Part shown: positions 20,453 through 30,664 of the stretch, piece by piece
How the letters are laid out: every line of letters starts with the position of its first letter
Numbering within the stretch: position 1 is the first letter of the stretch
NCBI GenBank assembly: GCA_030430385.1
Contig: JAUIFO010000008.1
Span: 118,126-182,125, forward strand
Direction: 5' to 3'
Origin: Bacteroidia bacterium
GTDB lineage: Bacteria > Bacteroidota > Bacteroidia > Flavobacteriales > Flavobacteriaceae
Length of the DNA stretch: 64,000 nt
Notes under the pieces: model-generated
Databases searched by the model: none
What the model was told of the DNA's origin: nothing
Seen by the model: only the letters and a program-made list of their open reading frames with translations
Program-made: the position numbers and the translations under genes

Positions 20453-20948
20453 TTTTTAAAAACCTTCCAAGACCAAATCGTCTAAGCATTTTCTTTTCAA
20501 ATTCCCAAAAGAATTGGAACTGACCAAAAATCCAGCCAAAGATAACCAAAAGAATTTGATAAAATAAAAGTCCAATAATAATAAATAAGACCCAATAAAG
20601 CATTGGATTTAAGTTTTCTTTAGTAATTCCTATGAGCTTCATTATTGGTCTTCCAACAAACATTGATGACGACCCTGTTACCGCAAATACTATAAACACT
20701 CTTATCATTTCCCACTTGTAATCCAAGATCCATTTGTTTTCAAGTTTTTTAAAAATGAAGAGTGTAAGTTTTAGCAATGCAAAAAATAAAGCTATTGTAG
20801 CAATGATAGTGAAAGCAACGTGGTAGTTTGACGTAAACATCAATGCCAACTTATAGGCACTATATATTAAAACGATTAGTCCTAAAAGCGGAAAAAGTAA
20901 TTGCCAATTATGCTGGATTTCCCAACGCGATTTGAAGTTTTCTAACAT
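20445..20948 (-). CDS. integral membrane protein, unknown function
   Basis: Four predicted TM helices and a conserved-looking tail FGQFQFFWEFEKKMLRRFGLGRF. Confidence 0.55.
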   Translation of the reverse strand: MLENFKSRWEIQHNWQLLFPLLGLIVLIYSAYKLALMFTSNYHVAFTIIATIALFFALLKLTLFIFKKLENKWILDYKWEMIRVFIVFAVTGSSSMFVGRPIMKLIGITKENLNPMLYWVLFIIIGLLFYQILLVIFGWIFGQFQFFWEFEKKMLRRFGLGRFLKNE

Positions 20949-20975
20949 AGCAGAATTTTGCTATGCAAAGATACT

Positions 20976-21410
20976 CTAAATTCTAGGAAGATATGATGAT
21001 AATCGTTGCTTATAAGTGATTTGAAAATAAATGAAATAGTTATAGAGTTTATAATTCAAATCATAACCATAATTAATTCCAGGTCTGTAATCAATTTGTA
21101 ATTGGTACATATTAGGGTCATATCTTCCAGGTTGTAGAACTCTAGTATTCCATTCTTGAACCATAACATTGTTTCGAGATTCAAGATAAGGTTGTGAATA
21201 GTATCCTTCAGGTCTGGCCATTGTAGATAACCATGCATTAAATCCAGGTTCAATAATGATGATCTCATATTCGAGAGCATCACTTTCTAAACGCACTAGG
21301 TCTTCTTCAGGGACATTATCTATATCTTGAGTATTATTTGTTAACGATTGAGAACTTCCGCAGCTCGTTAAAATCGAAATAAAAAGGCAATATGTAAAAA
21401 AAAGTCTCAT
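20976..21410 (-). CDS. lipoprotein (DUF6146-like)
   Basis: Lipobox ILTSCGSS and the motif run YEIIIIEPGFNAWL...YSQPYLESRNN..EWNTRV...NYKLYNYFIYF. Confidence 0.55.
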   Translation of the reverse strand: MRLFFTYCLFISILTSCGSSQSLTNNTQDIDNVPEEDLVRLESDALEYEIIIIEPGFNAWLSTMARPEGYYSQPYLESRNNVMVQEWNTRVLQPGRYDPNMYQLQIDYRPGINYGYDLNYKLYNYFIYFQITYKQRLSSYLPRI

Positions 21411-21530
21411 AGTCTTATAAAGTATTAAAGTTACAAAATTTGATAGCTCTAAACTACATGTTAACCTGAAGATATAAAATCTACATTGAGTGTAGTGTAC
21501 ATTTGGTTGAGTAATGCTTATAGGTTTTCA

Positions 21531-21559
21531 TAAAAAAAGTCAGGCTCATGGCCTGACTT
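21531..21559 (-). terminator. rho-independent terminator
   Basis: AAGTCAGGC / GCCTGACTT stem with a 5-nt loop, followed on the minus strand by a T-run. It sits about 30 nt after the stop at 21591. Confidence 0.75.
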
Positions 21560-21590
21560 AATTAATGATTTATAGTGTAGTGTTTAAGAA

Positions 21591-22229
21591 TTACTTTCCG
21601 CCAAAAAGACCACCTAGTAATCCACCAAGTCCACCTTTTCCTTTAGCGCTTCCTAGAACCATACCAGCAACATCATCAATAACGCTACCATCACCATCAG
21701 CATCTAAAATCTTTTCAAGAAAGCTTTGTTCGTTCTTAGTTTCATTACCACCTAAAAGGCCACCTAATAATCCGCTTAATTCACTTGGATTGCTAACGTT
21801 ATTTTGGCGTGATTGTTTACCTAAAACTCCCATTAAAATTGGAGCAGCTACTTTTAAGATATTTCCAACAGAACTCGCATCAACACCAGCTTTCTGTCCG
21901 ATAACTTGTTGTACACCACTTTGTCTATTTCCAAGTACGTGACCTAATATTTTAGCACCATCGTTGGTAACTGCTTCATCAACACCACCACCAAATAAAC
22001 CTCCAAGGTTATCTAGGATGCTTCCATCGTGCTTACCGCTTAAAGCTCCCATTAAGCCTTGCGCACCTTCTGGAGTAGAAGCATTACGCTCCATTGCTTT
22101 CATTAATACTGGAAGCGCCATTGTAAGTACGCTACTTGTTTTGTTTTGATCTGTTCCAGTAGATCCAGAGACACCACTGATGATAGTTTTTCCTAGGTCA
22201 CTGTTTAATAAGTCTAAAATTCCTGACAT
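21591..22229 (-). CDS. Gly-rich DUF937-like protein
   Basis: MSGILDLLNSDLGK..., repeated LGGLLGG/LGGLFGG segments and an ILDADGDGSVIDD segment. There is no signal peptide. Confidence 0.6.
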   Translation of the reverse strand: MSGILDLLNSDLGKTIISGVSGSTGTDQNKTSSVLTMALPVLMKAMERNASTPEGAQGLMGALSGKHDGSILDNLGGLFGGGVDEAVTNDGAKILGHVLGNRQSGVQQVIGQKAGVDASSVGNILKVAAPILMGVLGKQSRQNNVSNPSELSGLLGGLLGGNETKNEQSFLEKILDADGDGSVIDDVAGMVLGSAKGKGGLGGLLGGLFGGK

Positions 22230-22272
22230 AATATATATAATTAGGGTTAATAAAAGTTGAACTTTAAAGATA

Positions 22273-22299
22273 CAAAAAGTCCTAACACTAATTAGGACT
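22273..22299 (-). terminator. rho-independent terminator of serA
   Basis: AGTCCTAA / TTAGGACT stem, followed on the minus strand by TTTTTG. Confidence 0.7.
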
Positions 22300-22329
22300 C
22301 ATATATAAATAAAAAGTCACATTTAAGAC

Positions 22330-23280
22330 TTATTTTAAAATACTTATGATTTGATCTGCTAATTCAGTTCCAATTCTATCTTGCGCTTCATTTGTTGCTG
22401 CACCTGTATGAGGAGTTAGTGATAGCGCAGAATTCATCAGTAATTGAATTTCAGGTTTTGGTTCATTTTCAAACACATCTAAAGCAGCTCTTGCAACTTT
22501 ACCACTTTCGATAGCTTTTACTAAAGCAACTTCATTGATAACACCGCCTCTTGCTGCATTGGCGATTATCACACCATCTTTCATTTGGTTAAATTCAGCC
22601 TCATCAATCACATAATCTTTTTGGGCAGGTACATGTAATGTTAAAAAGTCAGCTTGTTTAAGAACCTCTTCTTTAGACACCGTATTTATTTTAAATGAAA
22701 GTTTCTGACCATCGAAAAAATCTAGTTCTAAATCGGTAGTTTCTATGTAAGGATCAAACGCTACGACTTTCATTCCTGCACCAATTGCAATTTTAGCGGT
22801 AGCTTGACCAATACGACCAAAACCAATAACTCCTAAAGTCTTGCCTTTAAGTTCGGTACCTTTTGCATAGGCTTTCTTTAAAGTTTTAAAGTTAGCATCA
22901 CCTTCTAGAGGCATCTCTCTGTTGGAGTTATGTAAAAAACGTGCAAGTCCGTAAAAATGCCCAAAAACTAACTCTGCTACGGAATGAGAAGAGGCTGCTG
23001 GTGTGTTTATAACATTCAAACCTTTACTTCGCGCATAATCAACATCGATGTTATCCATACCAACACCACCACGACCAATCACTTTTAGGCTAGGGCAGTT
23101 GTCTATAAGGTCTTTACGAACTGTTGTTGCACTTCTTACAAGGAGTACAGTAATCTCATTTTGATTAATATAGTTTTGAAGTTGTTCTTGCGCAACTTTT
23201 GTAGTGATGACTTCAAATCCTGCGTGTTCTAAAGTGTCAATTCCACTTTGTGAAACACCATCATTTGCTAATACTTTCAT
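22330..23280 (-). CDS. serA: D-3-phosphoglycerate dehydrogenase (short form)
   Basis: D-2-hydroxyacid dehydrogenase fold with NAD motif GVIGFGRIGQ and a catalytic RGG...E...H pattern. It lies directly downstream of serC. Confidence 0.8.
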   Translation of the reverse strand: MKVLANDGVSQSGIDTLEHAGFEVITTKVAQEQLQNYINQNEITVLLVRSATTVRKDLIDNCPSLKVIGRGGVGMDNIDVDYARSKGLNVINTPAASSHSVAELVFGHFYGLARFLHNSNREMPLEGDANFKTLKKAYAKGTELKGKTLGVIGFGRIGQATAKIAIGAGMKVVAFDPYIETTDLELDFFDGQKLSFKINTVSKEEVLKQADFLTLHVPAQKDYVIDEAEFNQMKDGVIIANAARGGVINEVALVKAIESGKVARAALDVFENEPKPEIQLLMNSALSLTPHTGAATNEAQDRIGTELADQIISILK

Positions 23281-23362
23281 ATTTAAGTAAAAAGTTAAAA
23301 GCTAAAAGTTAAAAGTTCTGTAAACTATTAATCATTCAACTTGAAATTAAATTTATTTTTTT

Positions 23363-24424
23363 CTATGCTTTTCTTTCTAATTCACTCATAACATCTACAA
23401 GTACACCAACACTTTCTAATGAAAGTGCATTGTACATAGACGCTCTGTAACCTCCAACACTTCTGTGACCATTTAAACCATTAATGCCAGCTTCTTCAAC
23501 CATAGTTTCAAAGGTTTCTTTTAGGTCTTCATTAGCTAAGGTAAATGTAGCATTCATATTTGAACGGTCTGCCTTAGTAGCAAAACCTTTGAATAATGGA
23601 TTCAAATCAATTTCAGAATATATCAATTGTGCTTTCTTGTCATTTTCCTTTTCAATTTCAGCAATACCACCTAAATCCTTTAACCATTGCAGTGTGAGCA
23701 TTGATACATAAACAGAAAACACAGGAGGTGTGTTGAACATACTGCTTTTACTAATATGTACTTTGTAGTCCATCATTGATGGAATTTTTCGAGAGACTTT
23801 CCCTAAAATATCTTCTTTAACCACAACTAAAGTAGCACCAGCTGGTCCCATATTTTTCTGAGCGCCAGCATAAATGAGATCAAATTTTGAAAAATCTAAC
23901 TGTCTTGAAAAGATATCACTACTCATATCACAAACCATTGGAATAGGAGAGTCTGGAAACGCTTTCATTTGCGTTCCAAAAATAGTGTTGTTAGATGTAC
24001 AGTGAAAATAATCGTAATCTGTTGGGATATCGTATCCTTTAGGAATATAATTGTAATTAGCATCTTTAGATGAAGCTACTTCGTAGATATCATCATAAAT
24101 TTTAGCTTCTTTAATTGCTTTGTCGCTCCAGGTTCCTGTGTTTAAATAACCTGCTCTTTTTTCAAGCATATTAAGTGCCACCATTAAAAATTGCGTACTC
24201 GCTCCACCTTGTAGAAATAAAGCTTTATAGCCTTTGCCTTCTAAGCCTAAAAGCTCAAGAGCTAGAGCACGAGCCTTTTCCATAACATCAACAAAAGGTT
24301 TGCTTCTATGTGAAATTTCTAAAAGTGACAACCCATTATCAAAATCGATAACAGCTTCAGAAGCTTTTTGAATAACCTCTTTTGGAAGAATGCATGGTCC
24401 TGCACTAAAATTATGTCTTTTCAT
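23363..24424 (-). CDS. serC: phosphoserine aminotransferase
   Basis: HNFSAGPCILP and YAGAQKNMGPAGATLVVV motifs. Length is 353 aa. Confidence 0.9.
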   Translation of the reverse strand: MKRHNFSAGPCILPKEVIQKASEAVIDFDNGLSLLEISHRSKPFVDVMEKARALALELLGLEGKGYKALFLQGGASTQFLMVALNMLEKRAGYLNTGTWSDKAIKEAKIYDDIYEVASSKDANYNYIPKGYDIPTDYDYFHCTSNNTIFGTQMKAFPDSPIPMVCDMSSDIFSRQLDFSKFDLIYAGAQKNMGPAGATLVVVKEDILGKVSRKIPSMMDYKVHISKSSMFNTPPVFSVYVSMLTLQWLKDLGGIAEIEKENDKKAQLIYSEIDLNPLFKGFATKADRSNMNATFTLANEDLKETFETMVEEAGINGLNGHRSVGGYRASMYNALSLESVGVLVDVMSELERKA

Positions 24425-24512
24425 GATTTATTTTTAAAAAAATTGAATGAATTTTAACGTTTACAAAGGTCACAATTTCTTACAAAACAAGTGTTATATA
24501 ATTGATAAATTA

Positions 24513-25574
24513 TTAACAGATTTTCAACGAAAACGAAATAGTATCCACGCCATCTGCGTAATCCGATAATTTAGGAGATTGTGTTTGTCCAAATGCGATC
24601 TCATTATCAGTAAATCCATTTGAAACTACACATTGTATTTGATCTGAAGCCTCATCTAAACGCGATTTTAAATCTGATAAATCGTTGTAGGTTTCATAAA
24701 ATAGAGTCGCTATTGGAGACGCAAAGCTTTCGTCTTCTTTTAGCATTAAGAATCCGTTTTCTAGCATGTCAAATTCACTCATCAAGTAAACCGCTTTATT
24801 GTAGTCGTAATTGTTAGCGTATTTAGTTTGATTTATAATAGGATGCCATTCATACATTGCCTTAAAGAATGCATCAAAATTATAGTTGTTTGGTATAAAA
24901 AGTTTAGAAACATTTCTGCAACCTAAGCCGTAATATCTAAAAATGTCTTCAGATAAAGCAGCGAGTTCGTTTTCGGTTTCATTGCCAGTTAAAATGGCAA
25001 CAGAGTTTCTGTTTTTTCTAATTATTGAAGGTTTATTCTTAAAATAATATTCAAAATAACGTGCAGTGTTATTACTTCCTGTAGCAATTACCGCATCAAA
25101 ATTTTCAAGCTGTTGTTCAGTAAACTGTATACGACCTTTAAATTCAGGTTCAACATATTCTAGATATTTTGCAAGAAATGGTAATAAGTGTTTATCATTA
25201 GAAGATTGCTTTACTAAAACATTCTGACCAGAAATTAGAACACTCAAGAAATCATGAAATCCAACAAGTGGAATATTCCCAGCCATAATAATGGCTATGG
25301 TTTTAAGATTTTCTTGATTAAATGAATACTTTGACAACCATTCGTTAATATTGCTTTCAGTCAAAGAGTTAGACCATCCATTTATCGCATAAATAATATT
25401 GCTTTTATTAAACCATCCATTGTGTTCTTCAGCAAGTTTTAATTGATGTATAAAACCATCAAAAAATACATCGTTATGTGGAATTGTTTCCTCTTTTATA
25501 AAGTCTTCTGAAGCAAATTGTTTTAGGAACTGACCTAATCTTACAAAAGCGTTAATTCTTTGTTGTAAATCCAT
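24513..25574 (-). CDS. acyl-CoA reductase (LuxC-like) family protein
   Basis: Length and motifs (IAIIMAGNIPLVGFHD, GLGCRNVSKLF) resemble the flavobacterial LuxC-like family. I trimmed from TTG 25631 to ATG 25574. Confidence 0.65.
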   Translation of the reverse strand: MDLQQRINAFVRLGQFLKQFASEDFIKEETIPHNDVFFDGFIHQLKLAEEHNGWFNKSNIIYAINGWSNSLTESNINEWLSKYSFNQENLKTIAIIMAGNIPLVGFHDFLSVLISGQNVLVKQSSNDKHLLPFLAKYLEYVEPEFKGRIQFTEQQLENFDAVIATGSNNTARYFEYYFKNKPSIIRKNRNSVAILTGNETENELAALSEDIFRYYGLGCRNVSKLFIPNNYNFDAFFKAMYEWHPIINQTKYANNYDYNKAVYLMSEFDMLENGFLMLKEDESFASPIATLFYETYNDLSDLKSRLDEASDQIQCVVSNGFTDNEIAFGQTQSPKLSDYADGVDTISFSLKIC

Positions 25575-25634
25575 GATGTGTTTGGTAAAACGATGTTTTG
25601 GCTTTATTTTTGCAACTGCAAATTTACGCAATAA

Positions 25635-26003
<369 letters not shown>

Positions 26004-26022
26004 ATCAAATATGATATAAATA

Positions 26023-26055
26023 AAAAACCCAAACTTAAATGTTTGGGTTTTTTAT
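26023..26055. terminator. bidirectional rho-independent terminator
   Basis: AACCCAAAC / GTTTGGGTT 9-bp stem with a 6-nt loop, flanked by an A-run and a T-run. It lies between convergent genes. Confidence 0.8.
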
Positions 26056-26071
26056 TTATATGTGACATATA

Positions 26072-27199
26072 TTATTCTGTATCAGACATCTCTAAAACTA
26101 AGAACTGCATTATGCGTTCTACATCTGTAACTTCATCGACATCGTGGTTTTCAGTATGAAATGAAGAATAGAGTACAGCACCTTCACCATGTAAAAATGT
26201 AAACGCTAAATCTTTGTCTTCAAAAACTTCTGTACCTGTATCATCAGTATAACTAACTGGACCATTTAACCATGAAATTGCTGTGTTTGAATCATAAGTA
26301 TCAATCACTTGCCACGAATATAAAAAGTCGTCAATCAAGACAGTCTGATCAATAGTGATGTTAAAATTCTGAAGTAACCAATCATTTAAATCATCATTTA
26401 AGATGGTTGCAACAGTAGAGGTAGATGTACCACTTTTTTCTGGAACATATGGCGTAATATAATCTGCGCCTGAATTAGTAATGGCATCTAAATATCCTGA
26501 AGCCCAATCTGTAGCATATAAAATACCACCATTAGAAACATAAGTGTCTAATGCATCTGATTGATCTTCATAACTTTCGTTTACACCACAATTTAAGAAT
26601 ACGATATCATAACCACCAAGTAGTTCCTGGTCTGAAATTAAATCTTCGAAATTAAAATCAACATTGGGCTGCAATAAAGGGTTGTCAGAGTTTCGTTCAA
26701 GTGTTTGACGACCATGTTGGTGTTTGCTATGTCCAACAGATTGTCTATCTAAAAATCCGCTACCATCAATAATATCAAATAAAGGTTCGCTAGTTACTGG
26801 ATTAAAAAGTCCGATGCTATATAAGACGCTTTCAATATTATCGTAAGAACCTGTTACAACAGCGATATTTGGTAACGATTCAATAGCAATGGAATCTAAA
26901 CTGAAATTTCTATCAACGGTTATCGTTCTTTCAGATTTAAACTTTCCTTTGTTGATTACAAGATTGTAATCGCCTCTGTTTAGATCAATAGCAAATTTTC
27001 CTTGTGCATCTGTAGACGTTTGAGATTGTAATTGTCCGTCAACATAAGCTCTTACATGAGCTCCTGAGACTGGGTCTAAACTGTTTGGTGTGAAAAACTC
27101 ACCAGTTACTGTAAATTCTTCTGTAGATTCAGAACTATCGTCCTTATTACAGGCAACTAATATGAGGCAAGACAATAAAAGTAAGAGATACGATTTCAT
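26072..27199 (-). CDS. lipoprotein with carboxypeptidase-regulatory-like domain, unknown function
   Basis: Lipobox LILVACN followed by KDDSSESTEE. The N-domain (AHVRAYVDGQ..TDAQGKFAIDL..GDYNLVI) is followed by a roughly 250-aa alpha/beta domain. Confidence 0.55.
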   Translation of the reverse strand: MKSYLLLLLSCLILVACNKDDSSESTEEFTVTGEFFTPNSLDPVSGAHVRAYVDGQLQSQTSTDAQGKFAIDLNRGDYNLVINKGKFKSERTITVDRNFSLDSIAIESLPNIAVVTGSYDNIESVLYSIGLFNPVTSEPLFDIIDGSGFLDRQSVGHSKHQHGRQTLERNSDNPLLQPNVDFNFEDLISDQELLGGYDIVFLNCGVNESYEDQSDALDTYVSNGGILYATDWASGYLDAITNSGADYITPYVPEKSGTSTSTVATILNDDLNDWLLQNFNITIDQTVLIDDFLYSWQVIDTYDSNTAISWLNGPVSYTDDTGTEVFEDKDLAFTFLHGEGAVLYSSFHTENHDVDEVTDVERIMQFLVLEMSDTE

Positions 27200-27464
27200 G
27201 TGGATTAATTTTTAGAGTTGTTAATAAAGATAACTTAAATATTTAATTATCTATTATTTAAACAGTTAATCATCTGTTTTTCCTACCTGTAATGTTGTGT
27301 GCATATATATGATTGTGATTTAAAAATGAGGTTAAGTCAGTGTGTGTAAAGCCTAAATGTACTTTGATTTTTTTTGATTAAATTATCAGATGCTGATTTT
27401 TTTGCATTACTACGATGTTGTTTTTTTTAAGTTTGAGTTGTAATAAATATCCATTTTGAAAACC

Positions 27465-27472
27465 TATATTTG
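27465..27472 (+). promoter_or_regulatory. candidate -7 box TATATTTG
   Basis: Exact TAnnTTTG, 21 nt upstream of the ychF ATG at 27493. Confidence 0.45.
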
Positions 27473-27492
27473 CAATCGCAAATTCTCAAATT

Positions 27493-28587
27493 ATGAAAGC
27501 AGGAATCGTAGGCTTACCAAATGTTGGAAAATCGACATTGTTTAATTGTTTATCTAATGCAAAGGCACAAAGTGCTAACTTTCCGTTTTGTACAATAGAA
27601 CCTAATATTGGTGTTGTAAATGTGCCTGATCCAAGACTTAAAAAGTTAGAAACCTTAGTTAATCCTGAACGTGTTATTCCAGCAACGGTTGAAATTGTTG
27701 ATATTGCTGGTTTAGTTAAAGGAGCAAGTAAAGGCGAAGGTTTAGGAAACCAATTTCTAGGAAATATTAGAGAAACAGATGCAATTCTTCACGTATTACG
27801 TTGCTTTGATAATGACAATATAGTTCATGTTGATGGTAGTGTAGATCCATTACGCGATAAAGAAACTATCGACATGGAGTTGCAACTGAAAGACTTGGAA
27901 ACGGTTGAAAAGAAATTAGATAAAGTTGGTAGAGCTGCAAAAACAGGAAATAAAGATGCTCAAAAAGAAGCTTCAGTGTATGAGGTTATTAAAACGGGAT
28001 TGGAAGCTGGTTCATCAGTTAGAGCTTTAGATTTTTCTGAAGAAGATTATAATGATTTTGTAAAACCACTTCAGCTAATAACAGCAAAACCAGTAATGTA
28101 TGTATGTAACGTAGATGAAGCTAGTGCTGTGTCTGGTAATGCCTATGTAGATCGCGTTAAAGAGACTGTTAAAGATGAGCATGCCGAAGTATTGGTGCTT
28201 GCAGTTGGTACAGAAGCAGACATTAATGAATTAGACGATTACGAGGAACGTCAAATGTTCTTGCAAGATATTGGTTTAGATGAACCAGGATCTTCAAAAT
28301 TAATTCGTTCGGCTTATAAGTTACTTAATCAGCAAACGTATTTTACAGCAGGAGTTAAGGAAGTTCGTGCGTGGACTGTAACTATTGGAGCTACTGCACC
28401 TCAAGCTGCTGGTGTGATTCATACCGATTTTGAAAAAGGTTTTATTAGAGCTGAAGTTATTGCTTATGATGATTATGTTGACTACGGAAGTGAAGCCAAA
28501 GTAAAAGAAGCTGGTAAAATGCGAGTAGAAGGTAAGAACTACATCGTGAAAGATGGCGATGTCATGCACTTCTTGTTTAACGTATAA
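27493..28587 (+). CDS. ychF: redox-regulated ATPase YchF
   Basis: [16 protein letters not shown]-loop, [10 protein letters not shown], and C-terminal TGS-like [15 protein letters not shown]. Confidence 0.93.
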   Translation: MKAGIVGLPNVGKSTLFNCLSNAKAQSANFPFCTIEPNIGVVNVPDPRLKKLETLVNPERVIPATVEIVDIAGLVKGASKGEGLGNQFLGNIRETDAILHVLRCFDNDNIVHVDGSVDPLRDKETIDMELQLKDLETVEKKLDKVGRAAKTGNKDAQKEASVYEVIKTGLEAGSSVRALDFSEEDYNDFVKPLQLITAKPVMYVCNVDEASAVSGNAYVDRVKETVKDEHAEVLVLAVGTEADINELDDYEERQMFLQDIGLDEPGSSKLIRSAYKLLNQQTYFTAGVKEVRAWTVTIGATAPQAAGVIHTDFEKGFIRAEVIAYDDYVDYGSEAKVKEAGKMRVEGKNYIVKDGDVMHFLFNV

Positions 28588-28626
28588 AAAAAAGATGTAT
28601 CATATACAGATACATCTTTTAAAAAA
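28588..28626. terminator. bidirectional rho-independent terminator
   Basis: 11-bp stem AAAGATGTATC / GATACATCTTT (28591..28601 pairing with 28609..28619) with a 7-nt loop. An A-run lies before it and TTTTAAAAAA after it. Confidence 0.8.
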
Positions 28627-28647
28627 CTTCTTTTAATACGAAACGTA

Positions 28648-29910
28648 TTATTCTTTTATAATTTGTTTGTGGTATTCACCATTTTCAGTTTTAATAACAA
28701 ATAAATACATTCCAGAATCAAATGACGACAAATCAATGTTTGTTGCACCATAAGGATTACTGGTCATATCATTAGCAAGGATTAATCTTCCGTTAATATC
28801 ATAAATATTTACAGATTTCATCTTTAATGAACCTGGATTGCTAATTGATACGATATTATTTGTTGGATTTGGATATACCGTTAAATCTGAATCACTAAGT
28901 TGGTTGTCTTCAACACTCAACACTTGATTAAAATACCAATTTGATCCTGTGTTAAAATAAATTCTATTTGTAGTGATTCTCACGTGATCACCAGTAATAA
29001 AAGCAGCACCACTTTGAGATACGGCAAAACCAGTTTGAGCATTATCAAAATCTATTAAAATATCAGCAGAATTGGTCTGACCTACATAGTTTAAAACAAT
29101 GGTGTAATCATCTGCAGTACCTGCTATTTCATCAACGCCAGCTTCAGCATAACTTAATCCAGCAACATCGTCTGGTATCAATGTGCGTTGTGCTTCGCTA
29201 TTATTTGTTCCTTGATTCATAACAGATTCAGTTCTATTAAATCCTAAAGACACTCCAACATCTCTAGCGCCATTAGCTGAGTAAACACCAGATGGTAAAT
29301 CAGCTAAATCACGACTATAAGTTGTTTGATCCATAATAGCAGTGGAGGTAAATGGATTATTATCCGCAATTTTAAAATAATTCAAGTTAACATCATCACT
29401 TCTTACATCATCTTCAGAACCAATGATTCCGTCAGGGCCAGAACTGTAATCAAACGTATTATTAGCACCATTTGTTGATTTAGTGTAATCTTGAACAACA
29501 AAAGGAAGTTGCGACTCAGTTGCTAAATTACAATGTGCCAAACCTAAAGAATGTCCCATTTCATGTAATAAAACCGATTGAAAATCTACAGTTCCATTAG
29601 GGATTAAAAAGAGAAGTATATTAGGTGTAGTACTTGTTAACTGATTGAATTGTGTAACAACATTTTGTACAGCAATTTCCATATCATCAGCATGTGTGCT
29701 GGTTGCATCGACTCCAACGGTTAAACTCACAACACCTCCAGTACCAAAGTATCCTATTGGATGCGCAACAACATCAACTCCATTTGCTTCACCAGCAAAA
29801 ATATAAGCAAATGAAAACGCAGCATTTAAAGGTGTTAGTAACAGTGTAATTAAAACAAAATATAAGCCTAACGACTTTGACTTTAAGTTATTTAATGTAA
29901 TTTTTTTCAT
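28648..29910 (-). CDS. matrixin-like zinc metalloprotease with type IX secretion C-terminal sorting domain
   Basis: HEMGHSLGLAHC zinc motif. The C-terminal ~80 aa (LTVYPNPTNNIVSISN...GMYLFVIKTENGEYHKQIIKE) is a typical T9SS CTD. Confidence 0.75.
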   Translation of the reverse strand: MKKITLNNLKSKSLGLYFVLITLLLTPLNAAFSFAYIFAGEANGVDVVAHPIGYFGTGGVVSLTVGVDATSTHADDMEIAVQNVVTQFNQLTSTTPNILLFLIPNGTVDFQSVLLHEMGHSLGLAHCNLATESQLPFVVQDYTKSTNGANNTFDYSSGPDGIIGSEDDVRSDDVNLNYFKIADNNPFTSTAIMDQTTYSRDLADLPSGVYSANGARDVGVSLGFNRTESVMNQGTNNSEAQRTLIPDDVAGLSYAEAGVDEIAGTADDYTIVLNYVGQTNSADILIDFDNAQTGFAVSQSGAAFITGDHVRITTNRIYFNTGSNWYFNQVLSVEDNQLSDSDLTVYPNPTNNIVSISNPGSLKMKSVNIYDINGRLILANDMTSNPYGATNIDLSSFDSGMYLFVIKTENGEYHKQIIKE

Positions 29911-29938
29911 AATTGATACGATTATAAATCTTTAAATA

Positions 29939-30418
29939 TTATGGTGTTGAGTTAAACAAACGATAGGTTAAAACAGACTCTAAGCTAGCATCCTTTTTGC
30001 TAGTACATTTGCAGTGGTCTTGGGTGTCAGCAAAAACAATAGTATTGCAATTAGAAGCAATAGCCATCATTGCATTACGAGATTCTGTAATCACTAAGGT
30101 GTCATTAATAACAACAAGTTCTTCTTTATAAATACCTGCATATAGAGGTGTGTGAAATTCATATTGCAGATACCAACCTTTATCAAGTTCATTTACTAAT
30201 GTAGGATTGATTAATTCGAAATCTTCTGATTTCAATTCAAGAATCCAACTAATTTTAGATTTGATTAAAAGGTTAGATACATCATAATCAGCTAGTGCAT
30301 AAGAGTTGTCAACAGCGTTAGCAATAACATGAATGCGTTCTGAATGACCAACATTTTGAGATGACAAGCAATTATAATTAAAAACAAGAACTAATGTGAA
30401 TAGTAGTATTTTTTTCAT
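29939..30418 (-). CDS. hypothetical exported protein
   Basis: Signal peptide MKKILLFTLVLVFNYNCLSSQ. I recognise no family. It lies 28 nt upstream of the T9SS protease. Confidence 0.45.
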   Translation of the reverse strand: MKKILLFTLVLVFNYNCLSSQNVGHSERIHVIANAVDNSYALADYDVSNLLIKSKISWILELKSEDFELINPTLVNELDKGWYLQYEFHTPLYAGIYKEELVVINDTLVITESRNAMMAIASNCNTIVFADTQDHCKCTSKKDASLESVLTYRLFNSTP

Positions 30419-30664
30419 AATTAAAAAACGATATATATTAATAGTAAAGTTGCTAAGTTAAGCTATTATAATGTTTTATTTGCAATAATTGCTCCATAAA
30501 TCTCTATATAAATGATTATCCTGATAATAAATATCAATTTATAGATATGTTTAAAGATTGATTTTGTTACCTACATACAATTGTTAATTACTTTGTGAAA
30601 ACCCTGTTTTATTATTTAGGACGTTATGTTATATTAGCGTTCTATCTAAATTTTTCATTGATTT

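Noticed and set aside
21565-22149. Two + strand ORFs (125 aa and 61 aa), Pro/Ser-rich
   Set aside because: They are mirror-frame artefacts of the Gly-rich DUF937-like gene on the minus strand, because GGN codons read as NCC = Pro/Ser/Ala on the other strand.
23290-23317. Four tandem heptamers AAAAGTT/AAAAGCT between serC and serA
   Set aside because: This is a short, low-complexity A/T-rich spacer. I see no evidence of function beyond an intergenic linker.
27385-27405. Small hairpin ATCAG-ATG-CTGAT followed by a T-run in the 293-nt region upstream of ychF
   Set aside because: The stem is only 5 bp with a 3-nt loop, and there is no upstream gene on that strand to terminate. It is probably fortuitous.
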